A stretch of DNA of 64,000 nt from Candidatus Altiarchaeota archaeon. GTDB taxonomy: Archaea; Altiarchaeota; Altiarchaeia; IMC4; SCGC-AAA252-I15. The stretch lies in the NCBI GenBank assembly GCA_041306075.1, contig JBFYKH010000027.1:4226-68225 (forward strand), written 5' to 3'. The notes beneath the pieces were generated by a model. The model worked only from the letters and a program-made list of their open reading frames with translations, made no database searches and had not been told where the DNA came from. The translations under genes and the position numbers were made by a program. Shown here piece by piece: positions 19,034 to 27,596 of the stretch; position 1 is the stretch's first letter, and each line of letters begins with the position of its first letter.

Positions 19034-20157
19034 GGATAGGGATGACCTCAATAGTCTTCGGGAGGCAGGGGGGCATAGCGAGGTACGTCGCCGAGCTCGC
19101 CGGACGCTTCGCGAAGGATAACGAAGTCCACGTGGTCACCTCCAGGCAGGAGGCGGCGGCCGACGGAGTCACAGCCCACATGAGGAGGATAATCTGGAGG
19201 CCGATATCCCTTCAGGTCGCCTCCGCCGCATACGCCTACACGCGCGCCCTCAACATGCTGAGGAGGGATGGAACAATAGAATTGTCTCATGGGCAGGGGG
19301 CGGAGATGCTGTCGCCGGACGTGGTCACCGCCCACAGCTGCCAGAAGGCCGCGGTACGGGCGCTGGCCCTGGAGCGCGGAGAAGCCTGGAGGCTCCTGAA
19401 AAGTTTCGAGCCCAGGAACAACGTGGTCCTGGCCATTGAGGGGAGGAACGTCCGCGACGCGAAGCGGATAATCGCGGTCTCGAAGACTGTGAAGGAGGAA
19501 ATCGTCCGCGAGTACCGGGTCCCGGCGGAGAAGATAGACGTCATTTACAACGGCGTCGACACCGGCGAGTTCGCGCCCGCCAACAGGCTCTCCATGAGGG
19601 AGCCCCTGAGGAGGAGGATGGGATACTCGAGCGAGGACCGGGTGCTCATGTTCAGCGGCTGGGAGTTCAGGAGGAAGGGCCTGAAGCACATAATAGACGC
19701 CCTCACGAACCTCGATGATTCCGTGAAGCTCCTCGTCGTCGGCGGGGCGGACCCGACCCCGTACACGGCGCAGGCGCGGAGGCTCTCGGTCATGAGCCGG
19801 ATCGCGTTCGCAGGCCACCAGGTCGACATGAGGGCGTACTACGCCGCGGCGGACGCGTTCGTCTTCCCGACGAGCTATGAGCCCTTCGGCCTCGTCATAA
19901 CCGAGGCCATGGCCTCGGGCCTGCCGGTCATTACGACCAGGACCGCGGGGGCTGCCGAAATCATAACAGACGGCGTCGACGGCATGCTCCTCTCAAGACC
20001 CGGCGACACAGAGGAGTTGGCGGGGAAGCTGAAGGCGGTCCTGGACGGCGGGGAAGCCGGGAGGATTGGGGCGGCGGCCCGGAAGACCGCCGAAAAATAT
20101 TCATGGGACAGCGTGGCAGAGAAGACGCTCAGTACCTACCGCGACGTCATCCGCTGA
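19030..20157 (+). CDS. GT4 family glycosyltransferase
   Basis: ...FPTSYEPFGLVITEAMASGLPVITTRTAGAAEIITDGVDG (GT4 C-terminal signature); ATGA overlap. Confidence 0.75.
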   Translation: MRIGMTSIVFGRQGGIARYVAELAGRFAKDNEVHVVTSRQEAAADGVTAHMRRIIWRPISLQVASAAYAYTRALNMLRRDGTIELSHGQGAEMLSPDVVTAHSCQKAAVRALALERGEAWRLLKSFEPRNNVVLAIEGRNVRDAKRIIAVSKTVKEEIVREYRVPAEKIDVIYNGVDTGEFAPANRLSMREPLRRRMGYSSEDRVLMFSGWEFRRKGLKHIIDALTNLDDSVKLLVVGGADPTPYTAQARRLSVMSRIAFAGHQVDMRAYYAAADAFVFPTSYEPFGLVITEAMASGLPVITTRTAGAAEIITDGVDGMLLSRPGDTEELAGKLKAVLDGGEAGRIGAAARKTAEKYSWDSVAEKTLSTYRDVIR

Positions 20158-21676
20158 CGCCGTGCGAGAGGACGCCGGCAAACCCGCGCCTGATTGCCGC
20201 CGGCGCCCCCGCCTTCTCCAGGAGGACGTCCGCGATTTCCGCGTCCTCGCGCCTCAGGCCCCTCAAAGCCAGAAGCGCAAGCGAGTACACCGCGAACAGT
20301 GAGGCGGCGGACAGCACCAGCGAGGCCGCCGGCGCCGACACCGCGCCCTTCACGATGTAGGCGGCCGCGAGCGCGACGAGTGATGAGAACACAATCTTCC
20401 CCACCCGCGCCTTGGAGTACGTGAGGCCGACCACCACGCGCACATGACTGTATGATAGCGCGAGTATTAGGAGTGAGGATGCGAGCGCCGCGGCCGCGGA
20501 CCCCGCCATCCCGAACGGGGGGATGAGTGTCAGGTTCAGGATGACGTTCGCCACAGCCCCGGCCCCCAGGTTCCTCGCGTTCACCTTCGGCCTGCCTTCC
20601 GCGTTGATGAGCTCCGTGAATAACGTCGACAGGCCGATGGAGAACGTGCACAGCGAGAGTATCTGCAGGGGCAGCGCCCCTGACGCGTAATCCGGCTTGA
20701 CGAAGAACACCAGTAGCTCCCGGGAGAACGCGGCCACCGCGACCGACAGGGGCAGGAACAGGAGGAAGAAGGACTCGAACAGGTACGACGTGATGTGCCT
20801 TATCCGCTCGAGCCTGCCGGCCCCGAACAGCTCCGAGACCACGGGGGAGAATATCTGCAGGGCCGCGAGGAAGAAGAGGAGGCTCACCGTCGACGCCAGG
20901 TAGGCGACGTTGTAGACTGCCACCTGTCCGGGCCCGGTGAAGTACTGCAGCAGGAATATGGACGTCCAGGCGAGGAGGTTGTTGGCCGTCGTGTAGACGA
21001 CGTTGAAGGCGCCGAAGCTGAAGAGCTTGACTGCCAGGGCGCGGTCGTACGAGGAGCCGAGACCGAAAGTCCTCACCTCATAGGCGGCCAAGAGGAGCGT
21101 GGAGGCGAGGAAGGAGAGGGCTACGAGGCCCATCACCCCATAGACCGTCGACGCCAGGTACGCGGCGGCCGCGACCGCCAGGAGGCGGGCGAGGTTCTGG
21201 AGCATGTTGAACGTCGATGACACCTCCGGCCTCCTGAAGCCGCTCACCACCCCGGCGAACATGTTGCTCACGGAAGTCAATGCGACTACCGACGCCATGA
21301 ACAGGAGGGACGGCCAGTCGATGCCCAGGATACCGGCCGCCCAGGCGATGTAGCAGGCGACGAGTGCGATGAGGAGGAGTAGGGCGTTCAACGCCATGCC
21401 CGTCCATATCGTGGACTCGACGCCGCGCCCGTCGCCGCTTCCCCGGTAGTATGCCACGTACCTTGACACGGACGAGGATATGTGGGGTATGAGGCCGCAG
21501 ACGAACAGGCCCAGGGAGAAGACGAATATGAAGCTGCCGTATTCCTCCCGGCTGAACCAGCGGACGAATATCAGGTGGAAGACGTAGCCGAGCGAGCGGG
21601 AGATTATTAGGAGGAGCATCACTGTCACGGACGCCTTCAGCATCATGTTCCTGAGGGGTGTTTCGTCGTCTGTCAT
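20147..21676 (-). CDS. oligosaccharide flippase (Wzx/AglR-like, MOP superfamily)
   Basis: 509 aa, ~12-14 TM; polysaccharide-biosynthesis-protein-like N-terminus MLKASVTVMLLLIISRSLGYVFHLIFVRW. Confidence 0.65.
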   Translation of the reverse strand: MTDDETPLRNMMLKASVTVMLLLIISRSLGYVFHLIFVRWFSREEYGSFIFVFSLGLFVCGLIPHISSSVSRYVAYYRGSGDGRGVESTIWTGMALNALLLLIALVACYIAWAAGILGIDWPSLLFMASVVALTSVSNMFAGVVSGFRRPEVSSTFNMLQNLARLLAVAAAAYLASTVYGVMGLVALSFLASTLLLAAYEVRTFGLGSSYDRALAVKLFSFGAFNVVYTTANNLLAWTSIFLLQYFTGPGQVAVYNVAYLASTVSLLFFLAALQIFSPVVSELFGAGRLERIRHITSYLFESFFLLFLPLSVAVAAFSRELLVFFVKPDYASGALPLQILSLCTFSIGLSTLFTELINAEGRPKVNARNLGAGAVANVILNLTLIPPFGMAGSAAAALASSLLILALSYSHVRVVVGLTYSKARVGKIVFSSLVALAAAYIVKGAVSAPAASLVLSAASLFAVYSLALLALRGLRREDAEIADVLLEKAGAPAAIRRGFAGVLSHGVSG

Positions 21677-22830
21677 TTTCCGGACAGCTCCGAATAAAGT
21701 GCGATGAGACGGGACGCGTTCTCCCTGAGGCTGAACCTGGACTTCGCGAGCGCAAGGCCCCGGGAGCCCATCCTCCCCGCCTTCGCCCGCCCCGAAAGTA
21801 GCTCCGCCGCCTTAGAGCCGAACGCGCGCACGTCAGGGAACGGCACATGGTAGCCGCTTTGGCCGTCCTCCACAATCTCCGGGACCGCCCCTATGCCGAA
21901 GGCGACGACAGGCTTCCCGAGCGCCATAGCCTCCAGCATCGAGTACCCGAACGGCTCGTACTCGCTCGACATGGCGACGACGTCAGCGGCCGCGTACGCG
22001 TCCTTGACGCTGTCGTTCGGGACGCCCCCGGTGAAGACTGCGTCCTCCACCCCGAGCCGGGACACCGTTGCGTCTACCTTACGCTTCTCGGCGGGAAACC
22101 AGGGGCCGACGACGCAGAGGACCGCATCCGGCACAGTGCGCTTCGCCTCGGCGAACGCCTCCACGAGGAGGTCTATCCTCTTCTGGGGGTGAAGCCGCGC
22201 GACGCACAAAAGGAGCGGCGCCGACTCCGGTATCCCGTGCCCGCGCCTGAAGCCCGTCCCGTCTGCGCCCGAGTACATGGCCGGGTCTACGGAGTTCGGG
22301 ATGACCCTGACTTTACCCCCCGCCCCCGGGTAGACGCCCAACAAAGCCCTCTTACCGGCCTCGGACAGGCAGACGACCGCGTCCGCGCCGTCCACGAGCC
22401 TGGCGCACACAGGATTAGCCGCAGCGAAGAACAGGCGCTCCCTCAATGTCCTAGTCCTCGGCTCGCTCGCCCGATGGTTGATTATGAAGGGTACACCGCT
22501 CGCCTTCGCATGCCTGTAGGCCGCGAGAGTGGCAGGCTGATAATACTCCTCGGACTGGACGACCGACGGCCTGTCCTCTTCCAGGAGGCCCCGGAGATTC
22601 CGGGGGAACACGAGGCCGCCGAGCGAGAACGCCTGGCGGTAGCGCCTGAGCGTGAGCCTCCCCGAAATCTCGGTCTCATGCTCGTTGACGCCGCCCCGGT
22701 AATACTGCATGTGCCTGGCGACGCACGAATAGTTCACGACGTCGATGGACTCGGACAGCGACCCCATCAGGTTCGTCACCGGCCCCCGGTACTCGCTCGT
22801 GTAGTACTGGCAGACGTACCCCAGTTTCAA
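21673..22830 (-). CDS. GT4 family glycosyltransferase (probable TTG start)
   Basis: C-terminal ...SSEYEPFGYSMLEAMALGKPVVAFGIGAVPEIVEDGQSG. The longest ORF (to 22938) would overlap the upstream kinase gene by ~100 nt. A TTG at 22830, 1 nt after the kinase stop, gives M-KLGYVCQYY, a typical GT4 N-terminus. Confidence 0.6.
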   Translation of the reverse strand: MKLGYVCQYYTSEYRGPVTNLMGSLSESIDVVNYSCVARHMQYYRGGVNEHETEISGRLTLRRYRQAFSLGGLVFPRNLRGLLEEDRPSVVQSEEYYQPATLAAYRHAKASGVPFIINHRASEPRTRTLRERLFFAAANPVCARLVDGADAVVCLSEAGKRALLGVYPGAGGKVRVIPNSVDPAMYSGADGTGFRRGHGIPESAPLLLCVARLHPQKRIDLLVEAFAEAKRTVPDAVLCVVGPWFPAEKRKVDATVSRLGVEDAVFTGGVPNDSVKDAYAAADVVAMSSEYEPFGYSMLEAMALGKPVVAFGIGAVPEIVEDGQSGYHVPFPDVRAFGSKAAELLSGRAKAGRMGSRGLALAKSRFSLRENASRLIALYSELSGK

Positions 22831-22831
22831 C

Positions 22832-23842
22832 CTAGGCCTCCCAGGTCTGGAGGCCCTGCATGTCGAAGCTGAAGCTCCTGACCTGGCAGCCGGAATCGGA
22901 CAGGGCCTTCGCGACCTCCTCCTCCCGCCCGGGCTCACAGTAGAATATCATGTGGCCGCCTCCGCCCGCCCCCCCTATCTTCCCCCCGAGGGCGCCGTGA
23001 CTCCTGGCCTTCGAGTATATCCTGTCTATCCGCGTGTTGCTTATCATCGGGCTGAACTTCTTCTTCTGCGTCCAACCCTCGTGGAGTAGGAGGCCGAACC
23101 TGTCGAGGTCGCCCTTCAGGAGCGCCCTGTGCGTCTCCTCGGCCAGCGCCTTCACCCGGTGGAGCGCGTCCACGACGCCCGCCCTCCCGGTCACATACCC
23201 CCTGACCTGGTCGGATATGATGTCGCCGCTCTTCTTACGCTCCATCACATGGACCAGGATGAGGTTCTTCTCGAGCTCGAGGAGGCGGTCCCGCTTCATC
23301 CTCACCGGATTCACACGCACGAAGTCCTCGCCCCTGAACTCTATGTAGTTGAGGCCGCCGAAGACGGAGGCGTACTGGTCCTGCCTGCCGCCCTTGTTGC
23401 CGAGCTCCTCCCGCTCGAGCCTGAAGGCGAGCTCCGCTATCTCGTAGTCCGTCATCCTAGACTCCCGCCGCATGTGGTTGAACAGGCCGATGAGGGAGAC
23501 GAACGCGGAAGCCGACGACCCGAGGCCGCTACGGGGCGGCACATCGCCGCGAAGCCGCATGCTCAAGCCCCGACGTCCCCCGTGCATGCTCTTCACGACC
23601 GCGGACAGGAGGTCCTGCCGGGTGCCGTACCGTATGTCCCCGAGGGACTTGAACATGACCCGCTGGTAATGGCTGTCGTAGAGCGTTATCTCCGGGCTTA
23701 GAGTCAGCTCCAGGCTGCCCCACGCGTACTTGTTTATGGCGGCCGAGACGACGCAGCCGCCGTGCTCCTCGGTGTACGGCGAGACGTCGGTCCCGCCCCC
23801 GCCGAAGCTTATCCTCACCGGCGCCCGGCTGTGGACAATCAT
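22832..23842 (-). CDS. GHMP-family sugar kinase (HddA/galactokinase-like)
   Basis: PPRSGLGSSASAFVSLIG (GHMP ATP-binding motif) and N-terminal APVRISFGGGGTD. Confidence 0.65.
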   Translation of the reverse strand: MIVHSRAPVRISFGGGGTDVSPYTEEHGGCVVSAAINKYAWGSLELTLSPEITLYDSHYQRVMFKSLGDIRYGTRQDLLSAVVKSMHGGRRGLSMRLRGDVPPRSGLGSSASAFVSLIGLFNHMRRESRMTDYEIAELAFRLEREELGNKGGRQDQYASVFGGLNYIEFRGEDFVRVNPVRMKRDRLLELEKNLILVHVMERKKSGDIISDQVRGYVTGRAGVVDALHRVKALAEETHRALLKGDLDRFGLLLHEGWTQKKKFSPMISNTRIDRIYSKARSHGALGGKIGGAGGGGHMIFYCEPGREEEVAKALSDSGCQVRSFSFDMQGLQTWEA

Positions 23843-24951
23843 CGCTTAATCCTTACCACGAGAGACTTATAAACGGACAGCAGTTTCTCGCAAACCGCGT
23901 CCCTCGTGAAGAGCTCGCGAACGCGGCTGACGCCCTTGAGGCCGAGCCCGGAGCCGAATGCGGGGTCGGAGAGTATCCTGTTGAGGGCGCCGGCTAGCGC
24001 CTCCGGGTCACCGGGCGCGACGAGCATGCCTCCGTCGCCGACGACGTAAGGCATCCCCGAAAAGTTGGTGGACACGACCGGCCTGCCGCACGCCATCGCC
24101 TCCACCAGGACGAGGCCGAACGCCTCCTGCCTCGTCACTGAAGGCAGCGCGAGGACGTCGCACCCCCCGTAGTAGGACGGGAGGAGGCCGTCCGCTACGC
24201 GGCCTTCGAAGACGACGTTCGGCATGTCCCGCGCCTCCTCCGCCAAGGCGGCCTTCATAGGCCCCTCGCCGACTATGAGGAAGACCGCGTCTACCTTCGA
24301 CGCCGCCGCGAGGAGGACGCCGACCCCCTTGTAGGGGACTAGCCTGCCGACGAAGAGGACGATTTTTTTACCGGGGAACCTGGAGCGCACAGCCACGCCG
24401 TCGACTCCCGGATGATACTTCACGGGGTCGATGAAGCTCGGAGCCACCGTCACCTTCCCCATGAAATCCCGCACCGACGGCGAAGACGATGCGTAATCCG
24501 GGGAAGTCACGAATATCCGGCTGGCCCGGGACAGGAGAAGCCGCTCGAACGGCCGGTACAGGATCTTGAACGGCAGGTGCACGAGTCCCTCCCGCACGAT
24601 GTCGGCATGATAAGTCACGGTCAGAGGCTTCCCCCTGAGGACGGACGCGGCCAGGGCGAACAGGCCCCCGAACGGGTCCGGCAGATTGACGTCGACGAGG
24701 TCGTACTCCCGCCGCATCAGCCCCCAGAGAGTCCCGGGCAGAAACGGCGCGTTGAACAGGCTCAGCCACGCCCGCGAACGCCTCACATCGACTCCGCCCG
24801 CGAACTCCCGGCCCAGAGTCCCCGCCTCATGCGACGTCAACACAAGCACCTCCACCCCGCGGCCGGAAAGCCAGGCCCCGAGGTCACGGACCCTGTTCTC
24901 AAGGCCGCCCGCGTACGGGGGATAATGCTTGGACACGAGGCAGACTTTCAT
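23839..24951 (-). CDS. GT4 family glycosyltransferase
   Basis: MKVCLVSKHYPPYAGGLE...; C-terminal ...LPSVTRQEAFGLVLVEAMACGRPVVSTNFSGMPYVV. Confidence 0.75.
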   Translation of the reverse strand: MKVCLVSKHYPPYAGGLENRVRDLGAWLSGRGVEVLVLTSHEAGTLGREFAGGVDVRRSRAWLSLFNAPFLPGTLWGLMRREYDLVDVNLPDPFGGLFALAASVLRGKPLTVTYHADIVREGLVHLPFKILYRPFERLLLSRASRIFVTSPDYASSSPSVRDFMGKVTVAPSFIDPVKYHPGVDGVAVRSRFPGKKIVLFVGRLVPYKGVGVLLAAASKVDAVFLIVGEGPMKAALAEEARDMPNVVFEGRVADGLLPSYYGGCDVLALPSVTRQEAFGLVLVEAMACGRPVVSTNFSGMPYVVGDGGMLVAPGDPEALAGALNRILSDPAFGSGLGLKGVSRVRELFTRDAVCEKLLSVYKSLVVRIKR

Positions 24952-24952
24952 T

Positions 24953-25978
24953 TCAGACCAGCGGGGCGCCGAAATACGAGTAGAAGGCCGCGGCCGAGAA
25001 CAGGGCCTCGAACGCTATGAGCGTCAGCACCAGCTTCTGTTCGGACACGCCGCCGAAGAGGTGCATGACGAGCCTGCCGAGCCCGTAGATTTCGCCCCCC
25101 TTCACGCAGAAGAGCCTCCCATCCTTCACGTCGCACCAGCTCTGCGCCTTGAAGCGGCTCCTCGCCTTCAGGACGAGCTCAAGGAAGAAGGGGGCTATGA
25201 GGATGATGCCGACCTTCTCTATGTTGCCGACGATGACCGAGGAGGCGAGCACCGCCCCTATGCTGAGGGTGCCGACGTCGCCGATGAGTATCCTCGAAGG
25301 ATGCCAGTTGAACCTGAGGAAAGCCAGGAGGGCGCCGAGCATAGCGAACGAGATGACCGCGGACTCCGTCCTGCCGAGCATGAACGCTATCGCCCCGGCG
25401 GTCCCGCACATCACAACCCCGAGGCCCGCCTCCAGGCCATTGAAGCCGGCGAGCATGTTGGTCGCGTTCGAAGCCCCCGTTATCGCGATGGGTATGAGGA
25501 CGAGGGGGTAGAGTATGCCGAAGTCCACGGCCCCCAGGAAAGGCAGGTCCATGGAACCCACGCCCGCGTTCACGGCCACGAGGGGGAGTGCCGCGAATAT
25601 CGGCAGCATCGCCTTCACCCGCTGGTCGAGGCGGAGGAGGTCGTCGATGACGCCTATGAGGGCCGTCGCCAGTATCGTCGAAAGGCATGCGAGGACGAGC
25701 GCCAGGTTCAAAGGCACGTCTATGACGTTGAACGTCGACAACGCTATGGCCGCGAGGACGCCCACCAGGAACCCCCCGATTATCGCGAAGCCGCCCATCT
25801 CGGCCACGACCAGCTTCCCCGGCTTGTTCATGTCCCGGCCGGAAATCCCGGCCTTCAGGAGCCGCGGGATGAACCAGGGGATAGTCACGTAAGTGAACGC
25901 GAACGACGCCAGAAACACCGCGAAAACGCTTAACATCATGGAACATATAATACTTAGTGAATAAAATGGCACTCCCAC
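24953..25978 (-). CDS. UDP-HexNAc:dolichyl-phosphate HexNAc-1-phosphate transferase (AglH/Alg7/WecA family, MraY-like)
   Basis: Polytopic protein with GASNATNMLAGFNGLEAG and LIGDVGTLSIGAVLA motifs typical of GPT-family enzymes; adjacent to GT4 genes. Confidence 0.7.
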   Translation of the reverse strand: MGVPFYSLSIICSMMLSVFAVFLASFAFTYVTIPWFIPRLLKAGISGRDMNKPGKLVVAEMGGFAIIGGFLVGVLAAIALSTFNVIDVPLNLALVLACLSTILATALIGVIDDLLRLDQRVKAMLPIFAALPLVAVNAGVGSMDLPFLGAVDFGILYPLVLIPIAITGASNATNMLAGFNGLEAGLGVVMCGTAGAIAFMLGRTESAVISFAMLGALLAFLRFNWHPSRILIGDVGTLSIGAVLASSVIVGNIEKVGIILIAPFFLELVLKARSRFKAQSWCDVKDGRLFCVKGGEIYGLGRLVMHLFGGVSEQKLVLTLIAFEALFSAAAFYSYFGAPLV

Positions 25979-26571
25979 TGGCGTTTGACCCGCAGTCGGC
26001 CGACTTCAACCTCGTAGTCCTGCCGGTGCTCATATTCCTGGCCCGCATATGCGACGTCACAATAGACACCATAAGGGTCATATACCTGAACCGCGGCATG
26101 AAGTACGTGGCCCCCGTACTCGGCTTCTTCGAAATCATCATATGGCTCCTCGCCATAGGGCAGATAATGATGAACCTCACGAGCCCCATACACTACATCG
26201 CCTACGCTGCCGGCTTCGCCGTCGGCAACTTCGTGGGCATCATTGTCGAGGAGATGCTGTCGGTCGGGACCGTACTCGTCAGGGTGATAACCAAACGCGA
26301 CCCCCAAGCCCTCATCGAACACCTGAGGATGAGCGGCCACACCACCACCTCCCACGAGGCATGCGGCGAGAGCGGACCCTCAAGGATAGTCTTCACGGTC
26401 GCGAAACGGAAGGAGGTCGGGAGCATCGTCGCCATAATAAAGGAGCACAACCCCAACGCATTCTACACAGTCGAAGACGTCAAATACGCTAGCGGAGACG
26501 CCTTGAACACCAGCTTCGACCCCAAGAGAAACTTCCTGGGCTCCCTCAGAAGCCTCAGGAAAAGCAAGTGA
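25966..26571 (+). CDS. UPF0316/DUF2179-family membrane protein
   Basis: About 200 aa, 3 N-terminal TM helices plus a soluble C-terminal domain; architecture typical of the YitT/UPF0316 family. Confidence 0.45.
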   Translation: MALPLAFDPQSADFNLVVLPVLIFLARICDVTIDTIRVIYLNRGMKYVAPVLGFFEIIIWLLAIGQIMMNLTSPIHYIAYAAGFAVGNFVGIIVEEMLSVGTVLVRVITKRDPQALIEHLRMSGHTTTSHEACGESGPSRIVFTVAKRKEVGSIVAIIKEHNPNAFYTVEDVKYASGDALNTSFDPKRNFLGSLRSLRKSK

Positions 26572-26572
26572 A

Positions 26573-26612
26573 CCCCCTATTTTAAAGGATACTGCATATA
26601 GTAAAAACCCCC
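26573..26612 (+). promoter_or_regulatory. TATA-like promoter region upstream of tRNA-like array
   Basis: ccccctattttaaaggatactgcatatagtaaaaacc precedes unit 1. Confidence 0.3.
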
Positions 26613-26628
26613 GGAAACAGGGGCATAC

Positions 26629-26745
26629 GCGACCGTAGTGTAGTGGCTCGGCCTTCCTAAGGCCGGCGAAGGAGCCATCTTCGCTCGGGCTCGATGGCTC
26701 AGGACGTATGAACCCGCAGAGGGGGATGGAACAAACAACAGTGTA
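26629..26745 (+). ncRNA. tRNA-Gly-derived degenerate tRNA-like unit 1 (5' half + anticodon-like arm CCU, no 3' acceptor strand) fused to a conserved hairpin module
   Basis: Starts with GCGACCGTAGTGTAGTGGCT, identical to the 5' 20 nt of tRNA-Gly at 26877; then CGGCC-TTCCTAA-GGCCG (perfect 5-bp stem, 7-nt loop, U33/A37); then CGAAGGAGCCATCTTCGCTCGGGCTCGATGGCTCAG. No CGGTCGC acceptor 3' strand. Confidence 0.4.
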
Positions 26746-26746
26746 C

Positions 26747-26870
26747 GCGACCGTAGTGTAGTGGCTATCACTGAACCTTATTAAGGTTCACGAAGGAGCC
26801 GTCTTCGCTACGGCTCGACGGCTCAGAACGGATGAAGCCTCTGACAAGGGGGTGGATTAAACAAAAAAAA
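26747..26870 (+). ncRNA. tRNA-Gly-derived degenerate tRNA-like unit 2 (acceptor 5' strand + D-arm + anticodon-like arm with loop UUAUUAA) fused to the same conserved hairpin module
   Basis: GCGACCGTAGTGTAGTGGCTATCACT identical to tRNA-Gly positions 1-26; then GAACC-TTATTAA-GGTTC; then CGAAGGAGCCGTCTTCGCTACGGCTCGACGGCTCAG, which shows compensatory A:T to G:C changes relative to unit 1; no 3' acceptor strand. Confidence 0.4.
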
Positions 26871-26876
26871 CCATAC

Positions 26877-26948
26877 GCGACCGTAGTGTAGTGGCTATCA
26901 CTCCAGATTGCCAATCTGGTGACTCGGGTTCGAATCCCGACGGTCGCA
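26877..26948 (+). tRNA. tRNA-Gly (anticodon GCC), intronless
   Basis: GCGACCG-TA-GTGTAGTGGCTATCAC-T-CCAGA-TTGCCAA-TCTGG-TGAC-TCGGG-TTCGAAT-CCCGA-CGGTCGC-A; canonical cloverleaf with 4-nt variable loop; CCA not encoded. Confidence 0.9.
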
Positions 26949-26975
26949 AACTGATTTATTTGTTAACGATTTCTT

Positions 26976-27036
26976 GTCACGAAACCGTCGGGGTGCAAAA
27001 AGCCTGCAGGCTTTTATAGAAAATCACGACTGCCGC
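26976..27036 (+). repeat. ~60-nt structured repeat, copy 1 (immediately 3' of tRNA-Gly)
   Basis: tcacgaaACCGTCGGGGtgcAAAAAGCCTGCAGGCTTTTatagaaaatCACGACTGCCG; about 85% identical to copy 2; inner palindrome AAAAGCC/GGCTTTT. Confidence 0.6.
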
Positions 27037-27073
27037 ATGGATAAAAAGGTATATCCCCTAGGGATGATACATA

Positions 27074-27319
27074 ATGATGGACAAAGGGGATACTCGCGTA
27101 ATCTGGATTATTTCAATAATAATAGTCATGGCAATTTTCCCCCATAGCGAAAAAAGATGTGAACGATGCTCGGAGCTATTTACGCTTGGCTGGCCAATCG
27201 ATACCTATTCAAGAAACAGCACGGGAGATTTGATTGCGCCCGGGGCAGGACTTATAGTATACCCTTTAACCATCCTAATCCTTCTTACCTATCGAAACCA
27301 GCATAAAAAAATTAATTAG
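27074..27319 (+). CDS. doubtful small hydrophobic ORF within AT-rich insert
   Basis: 81-aa ORF in a ~500-bp AT-rich segment between the two structured repeats; no support beyond ORF length. Confidence 0.15.
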   Translation: MMDKGDTRVIWIISIIIVMAIFPHSEKRCERCSELFTLGWPIDTYSRNSTGDLIAPGAGLIVYPLTILILLTYRNQHKKIN

Positions 27320-27536
27320 GTTGATTTTTCCCTAGTACCCATTCACCTTGGAGGTTGAGGTATATTTCTAGGTTTCCACCCCCCCCGACCCATCCGTTCG
27401 CTCGTACAATGTTCTTCGCCTGGTATTGAAGTCCGATACAGCCGCAAAATTTTTCGGAGATGTGGGATGGCTACGCATTAGATATTTTACGCAATTCCCA
27501 ACGGCCGGAAACTGAATTTTTGGCGGACAATTTATC

Positions 27537-27596
27537 GTCACGAAACCGTCGGGGTGTAAAAACCTGAATGGTTTTTAGAAAAATCCCGACGGTCGA
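27537..27596 (+). repeat. ~60-nt structured repeat, copy 2; 3' arm is a 14-nt identical copy of the tRNA-Gly 3' end (att-like)
   Basis: tcacgaaACCGTCGGGGtgtAAAAACCtgaatGGTTTTTagaaaaaTCCCGACGGTcgaaa; AATCCCGACGGTCG (27582-27595) equals tRNA-Gly 26931-26944. Outer 9-bp stem ACCGTCGGG/CCCGACGGT; inner stem AAAAACC/GGTTTTT covaries with copy 1. Confidence 0.6.

Noticed and set aside
26629-26745. Unit 1 as a functional tRNA-Arg(CCU) and unit 2 as a tRNA with anticodon AUU
   Set aside because: Neither unit has a 3' acceptor strand complementary to GCGACCG or a T-arm. Unit 1 lacks the 3' strand of the D-stem, and A34 in unit 2 is not a plausible archaeal anticodon. Hence they were called tRNA-like elements, not tRNAs.
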